A stretch of 64,000 nucleotides of DNA from a virus: the IMG/VR virus record IMGVR_UViG_3300042305_001483; one strand, given 5' to 3'. The notes below the pieces were generated by a model. The model ran no database searches, was not told the DNA's origin, and was given only the letters and a program-made list of their open reading frames with translations. A program made the position numbers and the translations under genes. Below are positions 8,339 to 19,878 of this stretch, one piece after another; position 1 is the first letter of the stretch, and each line of letters starts with the position of its first letter.

Positions 8339-9363
8339 CTAAACGCATTGGCTTTGCCTGCAAGTGGATTGACAATCCTGATCAAGTCAACGGTATTAAA
8401 CCCAAAGATGCTTGTAAAAAGTACAATACAGGCAGTACCACCGTTGCTTGGTTAAATAGACAAAGCAAAGATAAGGCCGTAGAAAAACTATGGGACCTTA
8501 TGAAGGGTAATATTGAATCTGCCCGTTTGCTAGTTGAACGAGTGGGCAATTTAAATGAAATTTTGCGAATGGTACGACTATCTAGCGACATCCTTCCTGT
8601 GTATACTGAGCCAAGCTGGTCTTGGTTTTACAGATCAACCGATGTCAGAGATTACGCAGAAAGACATTTTAAACGAATTGGAGATTCGGCCCGTGCGAAT
8701 AATGTTCGCCTTAGTTTTCATCCCGGTCAATTTTGCGTTTTGGCATCTGATAACCCAGATATTGTAAATAGATCAATAGAGGAGTTTGAATATCATGTGG
8801 ATATGGCCCGCTGGATGGGATACGGTAACGTATTTCAAGATTTTAAAATCAACGTACACATCGCGGGTCGAGTCGGTCCAGCCGGTATCCGAGCAGCACT
8901 TAAGAGACTCAGTCCAGAAGCAAAAAACACCATTACCATCGAAAATGACGAAATATCTTGGGGAATCGACTCAAGTCTCGAACTCGTCAACGATCTCGCT
9001 TTGGTGCTAGACATACACCATCATTGGATACACACAGGAGAATATATTGAAACTACTGACGATCGTATTAAAAGGATTATTGACAGTTGGCGTGGTGTGC
9101 GCCCTGTTATACACTATTCCGTTTCTAGGGAAGATGTACTTACAGGCCATCCCGGATTACAACGCCCCTCTCTTCCGACCCTCTTAGAATCTGGTTATAA
9201 GAAGTCTAAACTAAGAGCGCACAGTGATTTTTATTGGAATGATTCAGTCAATGAGTGGGCTTTGACTCACAGTCAATGGGCCGACATTATGTGCGAATCA
9301 AAGGGAAAAAATCTAGCCAGTGTTAATCTGGCTAGTATGGGAAAACAATTAGGACTTCTTTGA
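8335..9363 (+). CDS. uvsE: UV-damage endonuclease (UVDE)
   Basis: RIGFAC, RLSSD, RLSFHPGQF, IENDE, LDIHHH, HYS, AHSD, MCESK. Confidence 0.95.
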   Translation: MTKRIGFACKWIDNPDQVNGIKPKDACKKYNTGSTTVAWLNRQSKDKAVEKLWDLMKGNIESARLLVERVGNLNEILRMVRLSSDILPVYTEPSWSWFYRSTDVRDYAERHFKRIGDSARANNVRLSFHPGQFCVLASDNPDIVNRSIEEFEYHVDMARWMGYGNVFQDFKINVHIAGRVGPAGIRAALKRLSPEAKNTITIENDEISWGIDSSLELVNDLALVLDIHHHWIHTGEYIETTDDRIKRIIDSWRGVRPVIHYSVSREDVLTGHPGLQRPSLPTLLESGYKKSKLRAHSDFYWNDSVNEWALTHSQWADIMCESKGKNLASVNLASMGKQLGLL

Positions 9364-9786
9364 TCTACGCTTTGTAACTGAGACTGTTTCGGCAGTCTTT
9401 TTACTTTTTCTTGCAACAGATTTTACATCTTTAACAGTTACTTTTCCGTCGCCATCGACATCGGCTGCTTTTTTAACTCGAGATCTAGTTTTCTTAACTA
9501 CTTCTGCAGCATCTTTAAGATCGACTTTACCATCCTTATTAACATCTAATACATTTGTTTTTTGAACATCTGTGTTAGGTGTTGTTTCTTGCTGAGCCAC
9601 TGGAGCAGGCTGCACTGCCGGCGAATCAACTACTTCTACAGTTTTATTGCTCGCTGTAGAAACTCCCTCATCCGATCGATTAACATAATCTAACGGATGC
9701 TTTCCATTACCACTTTCTTTATTTAATGCTCGATAAATTAACCAAAGAGCAATTCCCCCTAAGGCTACAAAAAGTAAAAATTCCAT
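9349..9786 (-). CDS. membrane-anchored protein with two EF-hand/dockerin-like Ca-binding loops
   Basis: N-terminal TM; DVNKDGKVDLKD and DVDGDGKVTVKD; minus-strand TAAATA at 9811-16. Confidence 0.75.
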   Translation of the reverse strand: MEFLLFVALGGIALWLIYRALNKESGNGKHPLDYVNRSDEGVSTASNKTVEVVDSPAVQPAPVAQQETTPNTDVQKTNVLDVNKDGKVDLKDAAEVVKKTRSRVKKAADVDGDGKVTVKDVKSVARKSKKTAETVSVTKRRSKKS

Positions 9787-9906
9787 AATAGTTCCTTTAT
9801 AAAAGTATTGTATTTAATGTCTATAAATACTTTAGAATTAATTTTGAATAACGAAAGGAGGACATAAATTTTAAATTCTAATTAATTTCAAAACCAGGAG
9901 AAAATT

Positions 9907-10122
9907 ATGTCCCGAGAAAATATCGAGAATTTTGAAGAAACTGACGACTCAGAAGAATGGGAAGAAGGCGATTATGGATTTATAGTTGGTCCAGACGGAG
10001 AACTAAAAAGTATTATGTTCCCGGAGAATTTGTTTTCAGATCCTCCAGCAGAAATTAAAAAAATATTAAAAATATTTGGAATTAAAAATATATACGAAAT
10101 AGAAAACAGAACCATTCACTAA
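9907..10122 (+). CDS. acidic hypothetical protein
   Basis: AGGAG SD; TATAAATA at 9822-29. Confidence 0.8.
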   Translation: MSRENIENFEETDDSEEWEEGDYGFIVGPDGELKSIMFPENLFSDPPAEIKKILKIFGIKNIYEIENRTIH

Positions 10123-10138
10123 ATAAACAATTTTTCGG

Positions 10139-10166
10139 TAAATATCTCTATAGTACAGAGGTATTT
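10139..10166 (+). promoter_or_regulatory. late promoter TAAATA within an RBS-occluding hairpin
   Basis: aaatatctct / agaggtattt arms; GAGG SD in the 3' arm. Confidence 0.6.
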
Positions 10167-10168
10167 TA

Positions 10169-11236
10169 ATGTTAAATTGGGTTACAACATCATCATTAGG
10201 ATCTATCGAAACCGGAAGTATCAGTGAACTTTCTGTTTCAGCAACGCAATCATTATCTCAATCTGAAATTACATATAAATTAACTTCTGGAAATTTACCA
10301 AACGGACTTCAACTTAGACACGATGGGACTATTGAAGGGCAGGCAATTTACGATTCTACTGGCACGTTTACATTTTCTATCGAAGCATTTGATGCAACTA
10401 ATGTTGAATTAATCAGTAAAGAATTTCAACTTCAAGTTATTCAAAACAGCAGTAAAAAATTTACATCAATTTATGTTAAACCTTTGTTGTCAGTTCAAAA
10501 ACGAAAAGAATATTCTCAATTTATAAAAAATAATAAAATTTTTGACCCAAATTTAATATATCGATCCTATGATAAAAACTTTGGAATTCAAAGTAAAATT
10601 AAATTAATTTTAGATTTTGGCATAGAACAGTTAAATTTAGTCGAATATCTTTATCCTCTTTACGAAAATTTCTACAAAAAAAGAATTAGATTAGGGTCTA
10701 TTAAAACTGCAATTGCAAAAAATTCACAAGGAACGCATATATACGATGTAATTTATGCCAATGTTATCGATGAGTTAGCAGGAGCCTCAAGAATTTTCTA
10801 TACTGATTTTAATGATGAAATTTATTATCCTGGCAGTATAGATAACATGAAATTGCAACTGCAAGAAATAACATTGCAAAATTATAGTCAAATTACAGTC
10901 AACGAAAAGTTGCAACCTAGATTTATGCTAACAAATCAGGAAAATGATTTTAGATTAAAAACTTACTTTGCTGCCGTTCCAATTTGTTATACTTTACCTG
11001 GAAAAAGTCAGATAATTGTAAACAATATTAATAAAAGCAATTTTAAATTTAATGTAATAGATTTCGAAATTGATCGAATTTATGTGACAAAAAGTTTAGA
11101 TTACCAAGCGGATAAATATCTAATATTTGACAGACAATCCTTGGGCGATTTGGTAGATACTGATCAATATCTACTAGGCCCCGAAGGTTGGATAAGATTA
11201 GATGATGAAAATGATCAACCATTATTAAGAGAATAA
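10169..11236 (+). CDS. virion structural protein with N-terminal putative Ig (He_PIG-like) domain
   Basis: GNLPNGLQL…GTIEG…GTFTFSIEA motif; sits in tail gene cluster. Confidence 0.7.
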   Translation: MLNWVTTSSLGSIETGSISELSVSATQSLSQSEITYKLTSGNLPNGLQLRHDGTIEGQAIYDSTGTFTFSIEAFDATNVELISKEFQLQVIQNSSKKFTSIYVKPLLSVQKRKEYSQFIKNNKIFDPNLIYRSYDKNFGIQSKIKLILDFGIEQLNLVEYLYPLYENFYKKRIRLGSIKTAIAKNSQGTHIYDVIYANVIDELAGASRIFYTDFNDEIYYPGSIDNMKLQLQEITLQNYSQITVNEKLQPRFMLTNQENDFRLKTYFAAVPICYTLPGKSQIIVNNINKSNFKFNVIDFEIDRIYVTKSLDYQADKYLIFDRQSLGDLVDTDQYLLGPEGWIRLDDENDQPLLRE

Positions 11237-11239
11237 GCA

Positions 11240-12850
11240 ATGGCAAGAATTACAAATTTACAAACTTTAACTACCTTAACCAGTCTATTAGTAATTCCCG
11301 TTGTCGATGTTTCACAATTACCTAATAAAACTAGAAAATTGGGAATAAATGATTTAATTACTATTATTAACGGAAACATCGATAATTCATTAGATCCTGT
11401 TGCTAACATTCTAACTGTAACTAATACAACACAATCAATTTCTATTGAATCTGGATCAGTACAGATTGCAGGTGGAGTAGGAATCGGCAAAAATTTGTTT
11501 GTAGGCGGTTCAATTAATTCAAACAAAGAAATTTACACTAATAAATTCTTTAGAAGTCAATCTCCAATAATTGCTCCAACTAGTGCAGCATATCAAGGAT
11601 CTGGAGAACTTTCATTAACAACTTATAAAATTTCAACTGGATTAGGTCCTTGGAGTATTGTATTTCATTATACTGGTAAATTTTTATATGTAACTAACAG
11701 TAGCGGCAATAATATTAGCAAATATTCGATTAATCAAAATAACGGATTAATTAGTGAAATTTCAAGCCCAACATTTTCTGGTGCAGGAACAAGAAGTCTT
11801 TCTATTCATCCAAATGGAAAATATTTATATGCAGTAAATTTTTCAGGAGATTCAGTAAGTCAATTCTTTATTGACCAAAATACTGGTGAATTATCGACTA
11901 TTACATCTGCCATTCCTACAGGAAACGATCCTAACGGAATTGCAATAACACCTTCTGGTGAATTCGTATATGTTACCAACGGAGGTGGAACTATTAATCA
12001 ATACTCGGTTAACCTTTCTACTGGAGTGTTAACTTCATTAGGAAGTTTTAGTTCCGGAGGACTAACACCATTTGGGATTACTGTAGATCCATCAGAAAGA
12101 TTTGTTTATGTAACAAACAGCAGCGGAAATAATATTGGACAATTTGCTATCAATCAAACAACAGGTGTATTAAGTGCAATCACTTCTCCAATAGCATCAG
12201 ATAATGAACCAACCGGAATTGCTGTAGATCCAACAGGAAGATTTGTTTATGTAACAAATAATAATTCCAATACAATAAGTCAATATTCAATTAACCAAAC
12301 ATCAGGATCTTTAACAATTATTGCCTCTCCTATTGCAACAGGTGTAGAACCATTAGGAATTACAGTCGATCCATTTGGTAAATTTGTTTACATTACAAAC
12401 TATATTTCAGACACTGTAGGTCAATACAGTATCAACCAATTAACTGGAGAATTATCTGCTATTTCTACAGGCATTTCTTGTGGCAATGGTGCAAATTCAA
12501 TTGTAGTCGACCCAACAAATAGATTCGTATTGGCTACAAATTTTATAGAAAGAACCATTAGTAATTTTTCTGTTAAAAGTTTTAGTGCAGGGCAATCAGT
12601 GATTGCTTCAACAATTGATTCAACTTCAACAGATACCGGAGCATTACAAATTGCAGGAGGAGTCGGAATTGGTGGGAATGTTCATCTGGGTCAAATATTA
12701 TCATTAAGTATTTCTTCATCTGCTCCATCAATTACAAAAACTGGAATTATTGCAGTTGCAGACGGAATTAATTGGGATCCTTCTTCTAAAGCGACAGGCA
12801 GACCATACCCTGTATTTTATGATGGAACAAATTGGAATGCATTTTACTGA
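11240..12850 (+). CDS. tail-associated beta-propeller protein (lactonase/YncE-like repeats)
   Basis: About 7 repeats of P.GI.VDP.G.FVYVTN; flanking GALQIAGGVGIG fibre motifs. Confidence 0.8.
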   Translation: MARITNLQTLTTLTSLLVIPVVDVSQLPNKTRKLGINDLITIINGNIDNSLDPVANILTVTNTTQSISIESGSVQIAGGVGIGKNLFVGGSINSNKEIYTNKFFRSQSPIIAPTSAAYQGSGELSLTTYKISTGLGPWSIVFHYTGKFLYVTNSSGNNISKYSINQNNGLISEISSPTFSGAGTRSLSIHPNGKYLYAVNFSGDSVSQFFIDQNTGELSTITSAIPTGNDPNGIAITPSGEFVYVTNGGGTINQYSVNLSTGVLTSLGSFSSGGLTPFGITVDPSERFVYVTNSSGNNIGQFAINQTTGVLSAITSPIASDNEPTGIAVDPTGRFVYVTNNNSNTISQYSINQTSGSLTIIASPIATGVEPLGITVDPFGKFVYITNYISDTVGQYSINQLTGELSAISTGISCGNGANSIVVDPTNRFVLATNFIERTISNFSVKSFSAGQSVIASTIDSTSTDTGALQIAGGVGIGGNVHLGQILSLSISSSAPSITKTGIIAVADGINWDPSSKATGRPYPVFYDGTNWNAFY

Positions 12851-12884
12851 TAAATATAAAAATAATTATAATAGGTCCTAAAAA

Positions 12885-15800
12885 ATGTCAATTAGAGCAT
12901 CGCTATCAGAAGTTTTATCAATTGATTTAACGAATCCAACAGACAGTCAAACTGTTTTTATAGTAGGGCACGACGGTGTTGAGCAGACTCTTACTCCAGA
13001 AAGAGCAAGAACACTATTAAATACTGCCGGACCTGTTGGACCTCAAGGACCTCAAGGTATTACCGGACCTGTTGGACCTCAAGGTCCGCAGGGTGTACAA
13101 GGACCGCAGGGTGTACAAGGACCACAAGGTGTTCAGGGTCCGCAGGGTGTACAAGGACCACAAGGTGTTCAGGGTCCGCAGGGTGTACAAGGACCACAGG
13201 GTGTACAAGGTCCACAAGGTGTTCAGGGTCCGCAAGGTGTTCAGGGTCCACAAGGTGTACAAGGACCACAAGGTGTACAAGGACCACAAGGTGTACAAGG
13301 ACCTCAAGGTGTTACCGGCCCAAGCGGACCAACAGAAGTAACTGACGTACAAGGTGGAACTACTGGATCTATTCTAATTCAAAGTGCTTCCAGTCAAACA
13401 GCATTTATACCGTTAGGGCAAATAGGAAACATTTTACAGGTAATAGACGACAGCACCGCATCATGGGTAAGCACTTCGACCGTCCTAGTTGAAAGATCAA
13501 CAAAAGCAGAAACAATTTATGTAGATAATTTAGGTACATTAGAAATAACACCATTAAGATATATTACAATGTCTCTTGGTTCTGCAGATTATCAAGAATT
13601 AGGAGCCAGTTTAGGCCTATCTTATAACACTAACGAAAAAACATTAATTGTTGCTGCATTAACTGTTACAAATAATACAATATCTTCATCTCCACAAACC
13701 GGTGCTTTAAGAGTACAAGGTGGAGTTGGTATTGGTGGAGATCTGCATGTAGCAGGTGAAATTGTTTCACAAAAATTAACAATCGAATTAACCACGGTCA
13801 CTACTACGTTAATTGTAACAGATGATATTATCAAAACAAATAATACATCAAATTCTGTTTCAACAACAACAGGAGCATTAGTAGTTGCCGGAGGAGCAGG
13901 AATTGGCAGCGATTTAGTTGTCGGCGGAATTTTATACGCAGATAATATTTCTGGTAATATTACAACTGCAACAAATATAAAAGACGGTACTGTAAATCAA
14001 GTACCGTATCAAACAGGTCCGGGAACTACAGCATTTTTTGGCCCCGGTGAAGTCGGGCAAGTATTATTAAGCACAGGAACGAACACAGGTGGTCCCGTAT
14101 TTGTTGACCAAACTGAACTATATGTAGGTCGTTCTTTACTTGTAGATGATATTTTAGGTGGTGCAACAGGAAGTTTGCCATATCAAAGCACTTCAAACCA
14201 AACTGTGTTTTTAAGTTTAGGAAGCACAGGATCTGTACTAACTGCTGGTGCAGACGCTCCTGTATGGGTTCCACCTGATAACTTAACAATAGCGTTTGCA
14301 AATACTGCAACAAACCTAAAAGACGGAGCAGCAGGAAGTCTTCCATATCAAAGCGGCCCAGGTACAACTGTTTTCTTACCAATTGGTACCGAAGATCAAT
14401 TACTAAGTGTCAACAATTCTAATGCTCCAATTTGGGTTAATCGTTCTTCTATTACAGTATCAACTGCATCATTTGCAAACGATTTATTAGGTGGAGCATC
14501 TGGTTCTATTGTCTATCAAACTTCAGTTAATGATACTACATTTTTACCAATAGGAGCAGAAAAACAAATACTTACAGTTTCATCATCTGGTATTCCTCAA
14601 TGGATTAATAGAGAGGATGTTTCTGTTACCACTGCTACAAACATAGAAGATGGAACAATCAATCAAGTTCCTTATCAAATAAGCCCAGGAATTACAGGAT
14701 TTTTTGGACCGGGTCTTGTTGGACAGGTATTGTTAAGCACAGGAACCAATGCAGGGGGCCCTGTATTTGTTAATCAAACTGAACTATACGTAGGGCGTTC
14801 TTTACTTGCAGACGATATCGTAGGAGGCGCAACAGGAAGTATAGTTTATCAAAGCACAGCCAACAATACAGTATTTTTACCTATTGGAACAGAAACTCAA
14901 GTATTATCTGTAAATTCTCAAGGATTACCAGATTGGATCAATAGAGATAGTTTACAGGTTAATATTTCTGTTTATGCAGATAACTTATTAGGCGGATTGC
15001 CGGGATCTATTCCTTATCAAAGTGATATTGATACTACTACATTTTTAAATATAGGATCTACCGGAACAATATTAACTGTTAATTCATCAGGTTCACCGGT
15101 ATGGGTTAACAGAGATACTATATCTGTTTCCACTGCATCTTTTGCACAAGATTTATTAGGCGGTATTCAAGGAAGTATACCTTATCAAAACGCAGTTAAT
15201 GATACTGTGTTTTTAGGTATAGGATCGGAGGGTCAGGTACTAACAGTTAATTCTGCAGGGGTGCCTGTATGGGTTAACAGAGATTCATTATCAGTTACAA
15301 CTGCAACATTTGCACTTGATTTATTAGGTGGCGTAAAAGGTAGTATTCCATATCAAAATGCAGTAGACGATACTGTATTCTTAGCGATTGGAACCGAAGG
15401 GCAGGTTCTAACAGTTAATTCTGCAGGTGTTCCTGTATGGGTTAATAGAGGTACTATATCAGTTACTACTGCATCTTTTGCACAAGATTTATTAGGTGGT
15501 GCAACAGGAAGTATACCTTATCAAAATGCAGTAGATGACACTGTGTTCCTAGCAATCGGAACTGAAGATCAAATTTTAACAGTTAATGCCAGCGGATTAC
15601 CAGTATGGGTCAACAGAAGTACTGTAGCAGTTACTACTGCATCTTTTGCACAAGATTTACTAGGTGGCGTAAAAGGTAGTATTCCATATCAAAATGCAGT
15701 CAATGATACTGTGTTTTTAGGTATAGGATCACAAAATCAATTGTTATCTGTTAATGCCAGCGGATTACCAGTATGGATTAATAGAACAACATTATCTGTA

Positions 15801-18425
15801 ACAACAGCAACAAATATTGACGGCGGAACAATAAATCAAATACCGTATCAAATTGATTTTGGTCTCACTGGATTCTTTGGTCCTGGCGACACCGATCAAG
15901 TGTTAATTAGTAAAGGAACCGATCCCGGAGGACCAGCATTTGTAGATCAATCTACGTTAAGTGTAGGAAGTGCTAATATAGCCAACGAATTAAGTGGCGG
16001 TTCGGCAGGAAGTCTTCCATATCAGTCCGGTGCTAATAATACAACATTTTTATCTCTTGGATCTTTTGGATCTATACTAACTGCCGGTTCTACAGCACCA
16101 ACTTGGAGTGATCCGGGGGCGTTAACAATAGCAAATGCCAATACCGCAACAAACCTTGCAGGGGGCACAATTGGCAGTGTTCCATACCAAAGTAATCCTG
16201 GAACAACTACATTCTTAGGAATTGGTCTTCAATCACAAATTTTAACAGTAGGTGCTGGAAATTCATTAGAATGGGTAGATAGAGATACATTATCGGTTAC
16301 AACTGCAACATTTGCATTTGATTTGTTAGGCGGCGTAAAGGGAAGTATACCTTATCAAAATAATGCTAACGATACTATATTCTTAGGAATTGGCACACAA
16401 AATCAATTGTTATCTGTAAGCGCAGGAGGAGTACCTGTATGGGTTAACAGAGATACAGTATCTGTTACTACAGCATCTCTGGCTCAAGATTTAATAGGCG
16501 GATCAACTGGCGCTATTCCATATCAAAATACAGTTAATGACACGGTGTTTTTAAATATTGGTTCACCGACACAAATTTTGTCCGTTGGTTCGGGAAATAC
16601 ACCAGAATGGGTTGATAGTAGCAGTATGGCATCTTCTACTGCAACCAATCTTGCAGGTGGTGTAAAAGGAAGCATTCCATATCAAAGTAATCCAGGATTA
16701 ACTACATTCTTAGGAATTGGAGCACAAAATCAATTGTTATCTGTTAATGCTAGCGGGGTACCTGCATGGGTTAATAGAGATACATTGTCGGTTACAACTG
16801 CATCGTTTGCACAAGATGTACTAGGTGGAGCAAAGGGCAGTATTCTTTATCAAAATGCCGTAGATGATACTGTATTCCTAGCAATAGGAACAGAAAATCA
16901 AATTTTAACAGTTAATGCCAGTGGTGTTCCTGAATGGGTTAACAGAGACACATTGTCAGTAACATCTGCAGATAATTTAACAGGTGGCGCTGTTGGTTCT
17001 ATACCGTATCAAAATAGTGTAAATGATACTGTATTTTTGTCTATAGGATCAGAAAACCAAGTATTAACTGTAGGTAGTAACGGAAAGCCAACATGGTCTG
17101 GAAACGTTAATCAATCTAATACTTCTTTAACTTCAACAACTGCAACCAATCTTGCAGGAGGAGTAAAAGGCAGTATTCCATATCAAAGTAATCCAGGATT
17201 AACTACATTCTTAGGCATCGGCTTAGAAAATCAAATCTTGAAGGTCAGTGCAGAAGGTATTCCATTTTGGTCAGATACAGCAGGTGCTGCTGGTTCAGCA
17301 GCGGATGCAGATAAATTAGATGGTTTAAATTCTACACAATTCTTAAGAAGCGATGTAGGCGATACATGGGCTGCAACTGATGGTCCGTTAATTATAACAA
17401 CGCCTACAGGTGCTTTAGGAAATAATACAGGACAGGTTAACACACTTCAAGTTTATCAAGCGACTCTTAACACAGATGCATATATGACCTTCCATATTGG
17501 AAGTGATTATGCTGTACATTTTGGTCTAGATGGAACAACCAATGATTTATTCGTCGGTGGTTGGAGTGCAGGTGCTGTTAAAAATAAAATACTTCATTTA
17601 GGTAATACTTCATCAACAGATGTTACTTTTGATGTAGTAAGGGCTAAACAGTTTTACGATTCTGAAAATAGCAATTATTCATGGAATCCAAATACCAGCG
17701 ATGCTCATCGATTTAATACACCATCTGGATGGTTAGATTTAGGGCCAATGAATTCCAGTTATTGTCATTTCCAAACTGATAGAGATTTATTTTATTTTAA
17801 TAAAACAATAGATGTAGACGGAAGTGTTAGATTATATGATGACAATGCTAACAGATTTGATCTAGGAACATTAGTGTTGAGAGGTGCAAGTCCAACAGTA
17901 TACCTACGAGACACAAATAATAACTCAGCAATGTTACATTGCACTAGTGATTTATTTTATATTTTAAGAGGTGGCAATGACACAGAAACCTGGAGTCAAG
18001 TAAACAGTCAATGGCCTGCTTATTGGAACTTAACTAATAATCATATGTTTGCCGGTGGCGACATTAATGCCGTAGGCGAAGTTACAGCATATTATTCAGA
18101 TAGAAGATTAAAAACAAATGTTAAACCTTTAGAAAATGCATTAGAAAAAGTAGAAAAACTAAACGGTATAACATACAACCCAAATGACTTGGCTGAAAGT
18201 TTTGGATATGATAAATCAACTAACTTAGTTGGATTATTTGCTGATGAGGTAGAATCAGTTTTACCCGAAGCAGTAAAAAATGCACCTTTTGATAGAGATG
18301 AAAACGGAAATAGTAAATCTGGAGAAAATTACAAAACTGTTCAATATGAAAGATTAATTCCGTTATTAATCGAAGCAATTAAAGAACTATCAGAAGAAGT
18401 AAAGCAATTAAAATCAAAACAATAA
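12885..18425 (+). CDS. long tail fibre with collagen segment, ~45-aa repeats and C-terminal peptidase S74 intramolecular chaperone
   Basis: (GPQGVQ)n; repeated GGxxGSIPYQ…W; [10 protein letters not shown]…LIEAIKEL. Confidence 0.9.
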   Translation: MSIRASLSEVLSIDLTNPTDSQTVFIVGHDGVEQTLTPERARTLLNTAGPVGPQGPQGITGPVGPQGPQGVQGPQGVQGPQGVQGPQGVQGPQGVQGPQGVQGPQGVQGPQGVQGPQGVQGPQGVQGPQGVQGPQGVQGPQGVTGPSGPTEVTDVQGGTTGSILIQSASSQTAFIPLGQIGNILQVIDDSTASWVSTSTVLVERSTKAETIYVDNLGTLEITPLRYITMSLGSADYQELGASLGLSYNTNEKTLIVAALTVTNNTISSSPQTGALRVQGGVGIGGDLHVAGEIVSQKLTIELTTVTTTLIVTDDIIKTNNTSNSVSTTTGALVVAGGAGIGSDLVVGGILYADNISGNITTATNIKDGTVNQVPYQTGPGTTAFFGPGEVGQVLLSTGTNTGGPVFVDQTELYVGRSLLVDDILGGATGSLPYQSTSNQTVFLSLGSTGSVLTAGADAPVWVPPDNLTIAFANTATNLKDGAAGSLPYQSGPGTTVFLPIGTEDQLLSVNNSNAPIWVNRSSITVSTASFANDLLGGASGSIVYQTSVNDTTFLPIGAEKQILTVSSSGIPQWINREDVSVTTATNIEDGTINQVPYQISPGITGFFGPGLVGQVLLSTGTNAGGPVFVNQTELYVGRSLLADDIVGGATGSIVYQSTANNTVFLPIGTETQVLSVNSQGLPDWINRDSLQVNISVYADNLLGGLPGSIPYQSDIDTTTFLNIGSTGTILTVNSSGSPVWVNRDTISVSTASFAQDLLGGIQGSIPYQNAVNDTVFLGIGSEGQVLTVNSAGVPVWVNRDSLSVTTATFALDLLGGVKGSIPYQNAVDDTVFLAIGTEGQVLTVNSAGVPVWVNRGTISVTTASFAQDLLGGATGSIPYQNAVDDTVFLAIGTEDQILTVNASGLPVWVNRSTVAVTTASFAQDLLGGVKGSIPYQNAVNDTVFLGIGSQNQLLSVNASGLPVWINRTTLSVTTATNIDGGTINQIPYQIDFGLTGFFGPGDTDQVLISKGTDPGGPAFVDQSTLSVGSANIANELSGGSAGSLPYQSGANNTTFLSLGSFGSILTAGSTAPTWSDPGALTIANANTATNLAGGTIGSVPYQSNPGTTTFLGIGLQSQILTVGAGNSLEWVDRDTLSVTTATFAFDLLGGVKGSIPYQNNANDTIFLGIGTQNQLLSVSAGGVPVWVNRDTVSVTTASLAQDLIGGSTGAIPYQNTVNDTVFLNIGSPTQILSVGSGNTPEWVDSSSMASSTATNLAGGVKGSIPYQSNPGLTTFLGIGAQNQLLSVNASGVPAWVNRDTLSVTTASFAQDVLGGAKGSILYQNAVDDTVFLAIGTENQILTVNASGVPEWVNRDTLSVTSADNLTGGAVGSIPYQNSVNDTVFLSIGSENQVLTVGSNGKPTWSGNVNQSNTSLTSTTATNLAGGVKGSIPYQSNPGLTTFLGIGLENQILKVSAEGIPFWSDTAGAAGSAADADKLDGLNSTQFLRSDVGDTWAATDGPLIITTPTGALGNNTGQVNTLQVYQATLNTDAYMTFHIGSDYAVHFGLDGTTNDLFVGGWSAGAVKNKILHLGNTSSTDVTFDVVRAKQFYDSENSNYSWNPNTSDAHRFNTPSGWLDLGPMNSSYCHFQTDRDLFYFNKTIDVDGSVRLYDDNANRFDLGTLVLRGASPTVYLRDTNNNSAMLHCTSDLFYILRGGNDTETWSQVNSQWPAYWNLTNNHMFAGGDINAVGEVTAYYSDRRLKTNVKPLENALEKVEKLNGITYNPNDLAESFGYDKSTNLVGLFADEVESVLPEAVKNAPFDRDENGNSKSGENYKTVQYERLIPLLIEAIKELSEEVKQLKSKQ
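13029..13331 (+). repeat. collagen-coding 18-bp tandem repeat (GPQGVQ)
   Basis: ggNccNcaRggtgtNcaR units. Confidence 0.95.
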
Positions 18426-18426
18426 C

Positions 18427-18681
18427 ATGACAAGTACGGTAACTAATTTTAGCAATTTAATAAATGAAAATTTTCCAGTAAAAGGAAAACTCAATGACTT
18501 AAAAGGATTTAGAAACAACTTTGATAAAATCAAAACTTCTATTGAAATAGTCGACGGCGAAATAAACAATATTAAATCTAGTGGAGTGTATTTGAACAAC
18601 ACAAACGATTTCAATTATTTCGGAACTATAACTAACGCCGTGATTGATAATTGTGAAATTTTTCTAAAAAGTTATCCTTAA
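18427..18681 (+). CDS. small virion-associated protein, paralogue of 18694
   Basis: INENFPVKG.NDLKGFRNNF. Confidence 0.7.
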   Translation: MTSTVTNFSNLINENFPVKGKLNDLKGFRNNFDKIKTSIEIVDGEINNIKSSGVYLNNTNDFNYFGTITNAVIDNCEIFLKSYP

Positions 18682-18693
18682 ATCGGAGTACAC

Positions 18694-19077
18694 ATGGCAA
18701 GTACAATAACAGATTATACAGAATTAATAGATATAAATTTTCCAACCCCCGGTGAAGATAATGATAGTCAAGGTTTTAGAACCAATTTTTCTATGATTAA
18801 GTCTGCATTAGATGTTGCAGGTGATGAGATTAGTACCTTGCAATCTAACCTAATTAGTTTATCATCAACAAATAACTTTGGTGGTAATATAATTAAAAAA
18901 GCAGCACTTGAAAATTGTTCTATAATATTAAAAAATTATACCCTGGCTGAATTAAGTGCGTTAGTAGACGAAGGTACCGCAATTAATGGTACATTAGTTT
19001 TTGTAACAGACACTTATAATTGCCCAGCGTATTATTATAATGGAAATTGGTATGCTATTTCGGGAACCTTGATCTAA
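18694..19077 (+). CDS. small virion-associated protein
   Basis: IDINFPTPG.DNDSQGFRTNF. Confidence 0.75.
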   Translation: MASTITDYTELIDINFPTPGEDNDSQGFRTNFSMIKSALDVAGDEISTLQSNLISLSSTNNFGGNIIKKAALENCSIILKNYTLAELSALVDEGTAINGTLVFVTDTYNCPAYYYNGNWYAISGTLI

Positions 19078-19078
19078 A

Positions 19079-19321
19079 ATGTTTAATCCTCTTTTACCAG
19101 ATTTAAGTAAATTAAAAAACGAAGATATTGACAATAGAATAACAGAGTTAATGAAAAAATTTCTTGTGGCTTCGAGGTCTGGACAAGGCGGAGTATGTAA
19201 CCAAATTTCTATAATACTAGAAGCATATAGAGAGGAACAGTCTAAGCGCCATCAAGCAGCGTTGGAAAAATTGGAATCAAAAGGCAAAAATTTTGATGAT
19301 TTTATCAACGTTGATCATTGA
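19079..19321 (+). CDS. hypothetical protein
   Basis: ORF, tight packing. Confidence 0.75.
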   Translation: MFNPLLPDLSKLKNEDIDNRITELMKKFLVASRSGQGGVCNQISIILEAYREEQSKRHQAALEKLESKGKNFDDFINVDH

Positions 19322-19346
19322 TTTTATTCAAGATATATGTTATCGT
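19318..19346 (+). promoter_or_regulatory. sigma70-type promoter, predicted leaderless start at ATG 19353
   Basis: TTGATT-17-(TGn)TATCGT; ATG 7 nt after the -10 box; no SD. Confidence 0.55.
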
Positions 19347-19352
19347 TAGTAA

Positions 19353-19868
19353 ATGAACATTGATAAATTTGGAAGAATTTTATTATCTCAAGATGAATTT
19401 TTTAGTCACTTGTATTCGGGTCAAATTAAAAATTATCAAAATATTTTTTTAAATGACGCAGAAACAGATAAATTTAATTCTTCACTAGATAAAAATAAAG
19501 ATAACTTTTCAAAATTAAAAAAGTATGTAGATCTAGATATTTCTACAGAAGAGTTCGATAAAAATAACCAAATTAATTGGTTTATGCCAAAAAATTATTG
19601 CCCAGAATTAATCGAACAATTATATTTACAATGCAATAGTGTTGAAGAAACTAACCGGGTAACAACTGAATTAGAACTTTTTGCTCAATATAATATGATA
19701 GATTTGTTGTATTATCTTAAATATTTAATAGATACAATGCGTAAACATAATATTGTTTGGGGTGTAGGAAGAGGATCAAGTGTTGCTAGTTTTGTTCTTT
19801 ACTTGATTGGGGTACATAAAATAAACAGTATTAAATACGAACTAGACATACATGAATTCCTAAAATAA
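19353..19868 (+). CDS. DNA polymerase III alpha (DnaE)-like fragment
   Basis: GVGRGSSVASFVLYLIG, the DnaE GRGS motif; only 171 aa. Confidence 0.8.
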   Translation: MNIDKFGRILLSQDEFFSHLYSGQIKNYQNIFLNDAETDKFNSSLDKNKDNFSKLKKYVDLDISTEEFDKNNQINWFMPKNYCPELIEQLYLQCNSVEETNRVTTELELFAQYNMIDLLYYLKYLIDTMRKHNIVWGVGRGSSVASFVLYLIGVHKINSIKYELDIHEFLK

Positions 19869-19878
19869 GGAGAATAAA

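Noticed and set aside
13017-13352. Alternative-frame and antisense repetitive ORFs; CRISPR-like periodicity
   Set aside because: Shadows of the collagen-coding repeat; no unique spacers and no cas genes.
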